Source of the DNA: a virus
Lineage: Duplodnaviria; Caudoviricetes
IMG/VR virus record: IMGVR_UViG_3300049060_000012
Location: 1 to 40,618 of that record
Direction: 5' to 3' (one strand)
Length of the DNA stretch: 40,618 nucleotides
Numbering within the stretch: position 1 is the stretch's first letter; every line of letters starts with the position of its first letter. The notes beneath the pieces were generated by a model, which made no database searches, had not been told where the DNA came from, and worked only from the letters and a program-made list of their open reading frames with translations. Shown piece by piece: positions 1 through 6,270 of this stretch. The translations under genes were made by a program, and so were the position numbers.

Positions 1-36
1 TTGCGAGGTGTGCGAGGGTTGGGAGCTGCTGCCCAT
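1..36 (-). CDS. Partial CDS (N-terminus MGSSSQPSHTSQ), probable ejection/DNA-transfer protein running off the window
   Basis: ATG at 36-34 with AGGA upstream, just after the stop of 45..476; Ser/Thr/Gln-rich start in the position of podovirus ejection genes. Confidence 0.5.
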   Translation of the reverse strand, partial: MGSSSQPSHTSQ

Positions 37-44
37 ATCGTTTC

Positions 45-476
45 CTAGTAGCGCTGCACTGGATTACCGAGGCTGCCCTCGAAGCCGCCCGACCGCGGTA
101 TCGGCGTGTCTATGCCAGGGCGGAAGCCGGGCATGAAGCGGCCCGGGCGGTAGGGCGAGCCCATCACCGGCCATTGTTGAGGCGCTCCACCGAGCAGCCC
201 CGCAAGCCGCGTCCCTTGCTGCTGATACGGCCCGCCGCCGCCGAGCCCCTGCGACAGCAGAAGGCCCTGCCCGCCGTAGCTGCCCTCTGGCGGCACCGGT
301 CCCGTCGTCGGGATCATGTGATTGCCGGCCGTCGGCGTGCCGCCCGGCAGCGGCTGCTGAGGGAGCGGCGGCTGATAGGGCATCGGCGAGCGTCCCACGA
401 CAGACGGAAACTGCGGCGTCTGCCCCTGACCGGCGCGCATCTGCATCATGAGCCTACTCAGCATGTCGTTGAACAT
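45..476 (-). CDS. Pro/Gly/Gln-rich low-complexity protein, probably virion-associated
   Basis: ORF in the late operon; overlaps the end of the upstream gene. Confidence 0.55.
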   Translation of the reverse strand: MFNDMLSRLMMQMRAGQGQTPQFPSVVGRSPMPYQPPLPQQPLPGGTPTAGNHMIPTTGPVPPEGSYGGQGLLLSQGLGGGGPYQQQGTRLAGLLGGAPQQWPVMGSPYRPGRFMPGFRPGIDTPIPRSGGFEGSLGNPVQRY

Positions 477-900
477 CGCGATACTTCCTCAGCGTGACCG
501 CCACCTCGTCGTAACCGGGCATGACGCGTTTCCAGCCTTTGCGCCCGTTGATCTCGATCCACTCGCAACCCTGCGCCCAGAACCACGGCTCGATGATCTC
601 GAAGTACTTCGACAGGCCTAGATCGATGCCGGCGCCGGCGCAGATCCACACGAGCCCGTACTTCGCCGCGTAGCCGCCTTCGATGCGGGTGATCCAGAAG
701 CCGAGCACGTCACGCTCATCGCGCAGCCCCCACGCCAGTGCCTTGCCGTCCTCGAGGAAGCCGCGGACATCGGACAGCGACCACGGCACGTCTTTCACCC
801 GACAGATGCAGCGCTCGATCTCCGGCCACGCATGCGGCACCTCATGCCGATGCACGCAGAAGAGTTCAGACCTGGTCGCCGGGTTCTGCGTCGAATCCAA
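454..900 (-). CDS. GNAT-like (acetyltransferase-fold) podovirus morphogenesis protein
   Basis: C-terminal GCEWIEINGRKGWKRV motif; lies right after the nozzle gene, as P22 gp14-like genes do; exact start uncertain. Confidence 0.55.
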   Translation of the reverse strand: MDSTQNPATRSELFCVHRHEVPHAWPEIERCICRVKDVPWSLSDVRGFLEDGKALAWGLRDERDVLGFWITRIEGGYAAKYGLVWICAGAGIDLGLSKYFEIIEPWFWAQGCEWIEINGRKGWKRVMPGYDEVAVTLRKYRDVQRHAE

Positions 901-2332
901 TGCCAGTCACCCGATCGAAGCCGCCCGTCACGACCAAGCGCGATGACAGAAAGCGCCCTTGCGTCCTGAAGTCGCAGACGCCCGTCCGCGCGGTGCGTGA
1001 CGTCGCCGGACCGAATGACCTGCTGGCGTTGTCCTGCGAGTCGCGCGTTGCGAGCGAAACCGTCACCGACGTCGGATTGCCCGTCAGGAGTGGACGCGCG
1101 CCGCGGATGAAGATGCGGCCGAATGGGTTCTCGTCCTGCTCGCCTGTCTCGAAGGTCGCTTCCTTGCTAGCTCCCGTGAACACGCTAAGCTGATCGCCGG
1201 AAAACCCCATGATGGTCGGCACGCCGCCCTGCCACACGGATGAGTCCAGAGAAATGCTGATGTCATCGACGCTGGTCGTGATGCTGTCGAGATCCGTCCC
1301 CTCCGAGAAGGAGGGAAAGATCAGCTCGCAGTCCTGCTCGGCCCATGCAAAGCGATTGCGCGCGATGCTGTAAATCAGGATCGTGTCGGGTCCTGAGTCG
1401 AGCGTCGGGAACGACCAGAAGATGCACTTATTCGTCCAATCGACGCCTGCCGTGACCTTCTCGAGAAAGCCCTGATTCAGCCGCTCATTGAGCCAGCGAT
1501 CGACCTTGGCGTCGCCGATCGGCCGCACCTGCTGACCGTCCGTCACGTACACGCCGTCGTGCGCGAAAAAGTACGAGAGGTTGCCGATCTGGATATGCGA
1601 CTGCGGGCACCAGCACCCGCGTGAGCGCTCGTAATTGTCGATCTGGAACACTACATCGCCGCCGACGTACGTGAAGCGCGTAATCGCCCGCTTCTGGAAC
1701 ACCAGTCCCCAGAACTGCCCGCCTGCGATCGCCGTGACCGCGCCGGCTTCGGCCTGCAGCAACTGTTCCCCGGCCTGCCGAGCTCGCGCTGTCGATGTTC
1801 CCGGCGTCGGGAAGTCGAGCGGGTTATCGATTGATGACCACTGCACTGCGTACGGGATCGCACCGGCGCCCTGGTCGATGTCGCCGAGCATCAGGAAGCG
1901 ATTGATGACGCCGATCTGCCGCGCATTCGGCGCCGTCAGCGTCGAGAAGTTCGCCGCCGCGCCGATCGTCTTGTAGCGCACGTCATCGTCGAAGTCGGTC
2001 GCAAACACGCGGCTGTCGAACTGCGCGAACCGCCAGTAGGACGATGCGGCGAGCGTGACCGCCGAGCGGGCAGTCCACGCGGTGCCGATGCGCTCGTAGA
2101 GCTGCGTTGCGGTGCCGGCGTAAATCTCCGGGTCACCGGCGTCATCGACCGCCGCGAAAGCGCCGAGTGCGGTGGCCGCAAGCGTCGAGCCGGACGGTGA
2201 CAGCTCCGGGAAATCCGTGTACGACTCGTCGACCGGAATGACGTTGCGCGCCTCGACCAAACCGGGATTGTTCAGCAGAGGTAAATCTGGGAGCCATTCG
2301 CCGAAGATGAGCCGCAGATCTTCTAGCAGCAT
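866..2332 (-). CDS. Tail nozzle / packaged-DNA stabilisation protein (P22 gp10-like position)
   Basis: 488 aa, beta-rich; FGEWLPD N-terminus and VQWSSIDNP motif; coupled to the adaptor gene. Confidence 0.7.
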   Translation of the reverse strand: MLLEDLRLIFGEWLPDLPLLNNPGLVEARNVIPVDESYTDFPELSPSGSTLAATALGAFAAVDDAGDPEIYAGTATQLYERIGTAWTARSAVTLAASSYWRFAQFDSRVFATDFDDDVRYKTIGAAANFSTLTAPNARQIGVINRFLMLGDIDQGAGAIPYAVQWSSIDNPLDFPTPGTSTARARQAGEQLLQAEAGAVTAIAGGQFWGLVFQKRAITRFTYVGGDVVFQIDNYERSRGCWCPQSHIQIGNLSYFFAHDGVYVTDGQQVRPIGDAKVDRWLNERLNQGFLEKVTAGVDWTNKCIFWSFPTLDSGPDTILIYSIARNRFAWAEQDCELIFPSFSEGTDLDSITTSVDDISISLDSSVWQGGVPTIMGFSGDQLSVFTGASKEATFETGEQDENPFGRIFIRGARPLLTGNPTSVTVSLATRDSQDNASRSFGPATSRTARTGVCDFRTQGRFLSSRLVVTGGFDRVTGIGFDAEPGDQV

Positions 2333-2946
2333 CAGCCGACCTTCGTCGCCAATGTCGAGCCGGAGAAACTTTCGCGGCGGTCGGCGCGTTTCACGGTTTC
2401 AAGCGCCTGGTCGTACAGCATCTGCCACGTCGGCAGGCGCTTGTCGTTCATGAGGAACGGCTGCGCTTCGAGCAGCGCCCCGTACAGCATCACCTCGGGC
2501 GCGTTGGTCGTGAACCAGTTCGTCGTGTTGGATGCCGACAGGAGCGTGAGCTGCTTGTAGTAGATGCCGGCAACCGCATAGGTGTCGTCAGGGAACGGCC
2601 CAAAGATGAAGTTCTCAGCCTCGCGCGCGATCTCAAGCGGACGGCCGGATGCGCTGCGCGTTCGCCACTTCGTATAGATCAGCTCCGGCGTCGTGCGCTC
2701 CAGGAACGTGCTCGGATCGGTCGTCAGGTACGCGTACTTCAGCTCCAGGTAATCAGCCGGCACCGCGAGTACGCCGCTCGCGATCGTCCCAGATAGCGCC
2801 GTCTCCATGGTGCGCAGGCGCAGCGAGCGGTAGATCTTGCCCTGACAGTTCTGCAGGAAGTTCGGCACGAACGACGACAGGTCGGAGCGCGCGAGGTAGT
2901 CGGTGATCGCCGTGACCAGCGTGCTGTAGTCCGTGATGAGGGCCAT
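2332..2946 (-). CDS. Head-to-tail adaptor protein
   Basis: 204 aa; motifs DYLARSDL, TNWFTTNAPEVMLYGALLEA typical of podovirus adaptors; synteny. Confidence 0.75.
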   Translation of the reverse strand: MALITDYSTLVTAITDYLARSDLSSFVPNFLQNCQGKIYRSLRLRTMETALSGTIASGVLAVPADYLELKYAYLTTDPSTFLERTTPELIYTKWRTRSASGRPLEIAREAENFIFGPFPDDTYAVAGIYYKQLTLLSASNTTNWFTTNAPEVMLYGALLEAQPFLMNDKRLPTWQMLYDQALETVKRADRRESFSGSTLATKVG

Positions 2947-2947
2947 G

Positions 2948-3481
2948 TCAGCGCTCGATCAGCTTCGGCTTCGCGTAGGCGATGACATGGAACTGGTGCT
3001 CGCCCGTCACCTGCACGGTGTGAATATCGAAGCGCTCCCAGATCTTCGGCAGCCACCACTCCAGCGGCTGCTGTGTGAGATGCGCGTTGCGGCCGTCAGC
3101 GAGCACTTTCACCGCAGGCCCGGTGTGCACCGTGAGGAACGCGACGGCTTCGGTGAGCCGCGCGAGATCGTCGAGCACGTCGTCGAGAAATTCAGGCTCG
3201 ATGTGTTCAAGCACGTCGATGCACGCGACCATCTCTGCCGGTACGGGCGGCGTCGAGTACTGCGGCACGGCTGGATCGTATGCCTGCAGCGTCATCTTGT
3301 GATCCACCTTGAGATTCTGGAACAGTCGGCACTTCGCGCACCCGTAGTCGAGCAGATGCTGCACGCCGAGCCGGTTGCACATCTCCGAGACGAGCGGCGC
3401 GTACTGCACGGAAGCGACGCCGTAGTTGGGATTTTCGTGCAGCTGCTCTTGCTGGGCGCGGTAGGCGTCGGAGATGAGCAT
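2948..3481 (-). CDS. Class I SAM-dependent methyltransferase
   Basis: LLDYGCAK (motif I), AYDP, CIDVLEHI; ATG at 3481 preferred because it overlaps the upstream TGA (TGATG). Confidence 0.85.
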   Translation of the reverse strand: MLISDAYRAQQEQLHENPNYGVASVQYAPLVSEMCNRLGVQHLLDYGCAKCRLFQNLKVDHKMTLQAYDPAVPQYSTPPVPAEMVACIDVLEHIEPEFLDDVLDDLARLTEAVAFLTVHTGPAVKVLADGRNAHLTQQPLEWWLPKIWERFDIHTVQVTGEHQFHVIAYAKPKLIER

Positions 3482-3690
3482 CAGATGCACCTCGACGGAT
3501 CTCGTGAAAGCCAATACCTAAATTTGCGTCGCTTGCCTCCGTAGTTGCCCCAAGCAACGAACAGTCTCCAGCCGAAGAGATGTAGGGACACGTACCGTTC
3601 CCTGATTTTTGCTAGCGAGAGAACTCGCCCATACCCGAACAGGATAGGCATATCTTCAAAGCCTGCTCCCTCTGGAATATCGAGCCTCAT
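3481..3690 (-). CDS. 69-aa hypothetical microprotein (MRLDIPEG...)
   Basis: ATGA overlap with the GT stop at 3687-3690 and TGATG overlap with the methyltransferase start; visibly more AT-rich than neighbours. Confidence 0.55.
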   Translation of the reverse strand: MRLDIPEGAGFEDMPILFGYGRVLSLAKIRERYVSLHLFGWRLFVAWGNYGGKRRKFRYWLSRDPSRCI

Positions 3691-4331
3691 GATGCCCTCG
3701 CCACGTGCACCGAGCCGCCCATCAGCTCCGCATGCGACACCGAATGCAGCATGGATTTGTACGCCTCGTGAAACACTGAATCCTCGACGTTGCCCTTGGT
3801 CTCGCGCCAGATCGGAATACCCTTCGTGAAGTGGTACAGCTTCGCATCGAGTCCAGGCGGCTGATACCCTACCGCCTTGTTCCATTCTTTCGGGAATGCG
3901 CCAACCGCGCCGTGTTCTGCCCATTTGAAGTCGAGCAATCCGTTTTTGGGATTGTCGATGTACTCCGGCGTAAGCAGCGAGCACGCCGCGCAGTCAAACA
4001 GCATCGCCGAGGCCCACTCGAAGGGCTGCTGCTCATTGTTCACCAGCACCTGATAGATGCCGGTGTCGGTGCCGAACAGCTCCGCGATATCGCCGGTCAC
4101 GACCATGTCGGCATCCAGGAACAGCGCCTTGCCTTCGTAGCCGCACAGGTACGGGACTAGGAAGCGGCTGAAGGTGAACTCGGTCAATCCGCGCCGCTTG
4201 ATCGGCAGCGTCGAGAGCACCAGCGGCGTTATGCTGACCGCGCGAGAGGCATGGGCGATGATGCTATGCTGGAGGACGTTATAGGCGAGTGGCTGTCTGG
4301 GGTCGTAACCGATGAACACGCGCAAAATCAT
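3687..4331 (-). CDS. GT-A fold glycosyltransferase (GT8-like)
   Basis: VFIGYDPRQ start, TEFTFSRFLVP, DxD motif (FLDAD), EWN and LYHFTKGIP motifs. Confidence 0.85.
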   Translation of the reverse strand: MILRVFIGYDPRQPLAYNVLQHSIIAHASRAVSITPLVLSTLPIKRRGLTEFTFSRFLVPYLCGYEGKALFLDADMVVTGDIAELFGTDTGIYQVLVNNEQQPFEWASAMLFDCAACSLLTPEYIDNPKNGLLDFKWAEHGAVGAFPKEWNKAVGYQPPGLDAKLYHFTKGIPIWRETKGNVEDSVFHEAYKSMLHSVSHAELMGGSVHVARAS

Positions 4332-5792
4332 TCACATCGCTCCTAAGCGTAAATGCCCCGGCTGTTCTACCAGGGCGCCAGCCTTGGGTTCTATCCCCAA
4401 GGGGATCACGTTTCGCTGCCCATCCTGCAAGGCTAAATGGGTGTGGGGAGTTGGCTTCAGCAGCATCATGACTCGTTGAGTTGCTGCTTCAATTGTACGC
4501 CGCCAATCGCCAGCCCACATCACATGCTCGGCCGGATGGAACGGGATGCCGGCGTGGTACTTCCAACAATCCATCGGCCCGTGCATCGCGATCACTTTCG
4601 TGCCCAATGCACCAGCCAGATGCACAGCAGCAGTTGGCACCGCGACCACAAGATCGAGGGATGCCACCAGCGCCGCCGTGTCGTCGTAGTCGGCCGTGCG
4701 CGTCGCATACGGGTACTCATGCACCTTCGGATGTTGCTCATCGCCCTTGTACTGCAGCGAGACGAAATGCGCATCGAGCGCCAGCAGCGATTCCCACTGC
4801 TCGAGGCCGGCATGCCGGAATTTCTCACCGGTCTTCGGGATGCCGCCTGACCACGCGATACCGATCGCCGGCTTGCCTTTCTTCGCCCATAGCGAGCGCC
4901 ACATCTCGACCCGCTCTGCGTCCGCAGTCAGGTATGGCTGTTGCGGACAGTCGGCCGGGCTCTTGCGGAAGAACTCGGCGAGCTGGCCGATCGGGAACGA
5001 GGCGTCGATTGCCTGATCCTCCTTCGCCCACTTCAGGTGTTTCTTGTTACGCGTGCCGTAGACGGTGACTTGCGGGAATGAGCGCCGGTACAGCGTTTCA
5101 AGCCGCTTGTCGCACTCGACGATGACCTTGCGGCACACGCGCGCCGCGTCTTCGATCATCGAGGCAAAGCACACTTCATCGCCAATGCCCTGCTCCGCGT
5201 ACAGCACGACCGCCTGACCTGGCGTGCCGTCCCACTCGGGCTCGCCGCTGTACTGCACTTTCTTGCGCCAGTCGGTGCCGAGCGTGTTGCGGTAGTTCTT
5301 CCAGCCCTCCTCCCACTCACCGGCCGCGAGCTGGCAGAAGCCGAGATTCGATAGCGCGGTCTTCGACTGCGGGTCGAGCTTGAGCGCCTTTTCGATGTGC
5401 CGGCGCGCTTTCTCGAATTCGCCGTGGTCGATGCACATCGCCGCGAGGTTGCCGTAGCACATCACGCGTGTCGTTTCGCGATTGGTGATCGACAGCGCGC
5501 GGGCATACGCCCGCTCGGCATCGGCGCGCTTCCACAGGTCCTCGGCACAACGGCCGAAGTTCAGCCAGTTGCTGCCCTCGGTCGGCGCCATGTCCTTCAC
5601 GAGCTTGAACAGGTTGTACGCAACCGGCGTATTGCCTGCCTTCTCGTAGATGTGGGCCGCGATGCCGATCGCCCGCGGATCATCCGGGTGCTCGAGCATT
5701 TCCTTCTTGAGCAGATCCATCGCCTGATCGAGTTCGCCCTTGTCCCACAGGGCGACGCACTGGGTCAGCGTTTCAGCGTTTGCCGAGGTCAT
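4332..5792 (-). CDS. TPR-repeat + GT-B (GT9-like) glycosyltransferase
   Basis: N-terminal TPR-like helical repeats; YAEQGIGDEV, IGIAWSGG, FVSLQY and DYDDTAALVASLDLVVAVPTAAVHLAGALG motifs. Confidence 0.85.
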   Translation of the reverse strand: MTSANAETLTQCVALWDKGELDQAMDLLKKEMLEHPDDPRAIGIAAHIYEKAGNTPVAYNLFKLVKDMAPTEGSNWLNFGRCAEDLWKRADAERAYARALSITNRETTRVMCYGNLAAMCIDHGEFEKARRHIEKALKLDPQSKTALSNLGFCQLAAGEWEEGWKNYRNTLGTDWRKKVQYSGEPEWDGTPGQAVVLYAEQGIGDEVCFASMIEDAARVCRKVIVECDKRLETLYRRSFPQVTVYGTRNKKHLKWAKEDQAIDASFPIGQLAEFFRKSPADCPQQPYLTADAERVEMWRSLWAKKGKPAIGIAWSGGIPKTGEKFRHAGLEQWESLLALDAHFVSLQYKGDEQHPKVHEYPYATRTADYDDTAALVASLDLVVAVPTAAVHLAGALGTKVIAMHGPMDCWKYHAGIPFHPAEHVMWAGDWRRTIEAATQRVMMLLKPTPHTHLALQDGQRNVIPLGIEPKAGALVEQPGHLRLGAM

Positions 5793-6132
5793 GAACAATC
5801 GCCAGCTTCTTGCCTTCGTTCTTCTGCGTGCACTTTAGATACGGAAAATTCGTGTTGATCTCCTGCAACACGCGGTCGATGTGCCGCCCGTCCTCGACGT
5901 TGATTCCCTTCGCACGCATCTGGAGCATGAAGATCGGCGGAATCTTCGCGTACAGCCACCACGACTCTTTGATGCCCTTGTCAGTGAGTCCGTCGCGCGC
6001 CAGAGCCTTGTTGTAGTCGAGCAGCGCCTCAACGTCCTGCGTGCGATGGAACGTCACGTTACCGGTCGCCTCGTCGTACTCCATGTCGGTACGGATGCCG
6101 GTCTGAGGATCATACTCGAAGAACTCAGGCAA
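5773..6132 (-). CDS. Hypothetical phage protein downstream of MCP
   Basis: 119 aa; TTG start with GAGGA RBS; overlaps the next gene. Confidence 0.7.
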   Translation of the reverse strand: MPEFFEYDPQTGIRTDMEYDEATGNVTFHRTQDVEALLDYNKALARDGLTDKGIKESWWLYAKIPPIFMLQMRAKGINVEDGRHIDRVLQEINTNFPYLKCTQKNEGKKLAIVHDLGKR

Positions 6133-6235
6133 GTTTCCTCCTCAAACACTCATTACAGTACTGGCTGTTGAACAGCAGCAGAAAGCGCTTGCGGCAAACG
6201 ATGCACTTTGCCGTCACCAGCTCTTTCCACTTCAT
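6125..6235 (-). CDS. 36-aa Zn-finger-like microprotein (CIVC...CNEC)
   Basis: ATG at 6235; two CxxC pairs; stop overlaps the next start. Confidence 0.35.
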   Translation of the reverse strand: MKWKELVTAKCIVCRKRFLLLFNSQYCNECLRRKLA

Positions 6236-6264
6236 GAAAGAAGGGGGCAGGTTTCCCCGCCCCC
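6236..6264 (-). terminator. Intrinsic terminator after the MCP gene
   Basis: GGGGGCGGG-GAAA-CCTGCCCCC stem followed by TTCTTTC, just after the MCP stop. Confidence 0.75.
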
Positions 6265-6270
6265 ACTCCG

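Noticed and set aside
2948-5792. DNA hypermodification or O-antigen conversion cluster
   Set aside because: Disfavoured rather than excluded: genes are in the late head operon, lack TM segments and GtrAB-like partners, and there are no base-hydroxylase or nucleotide-pathway genes
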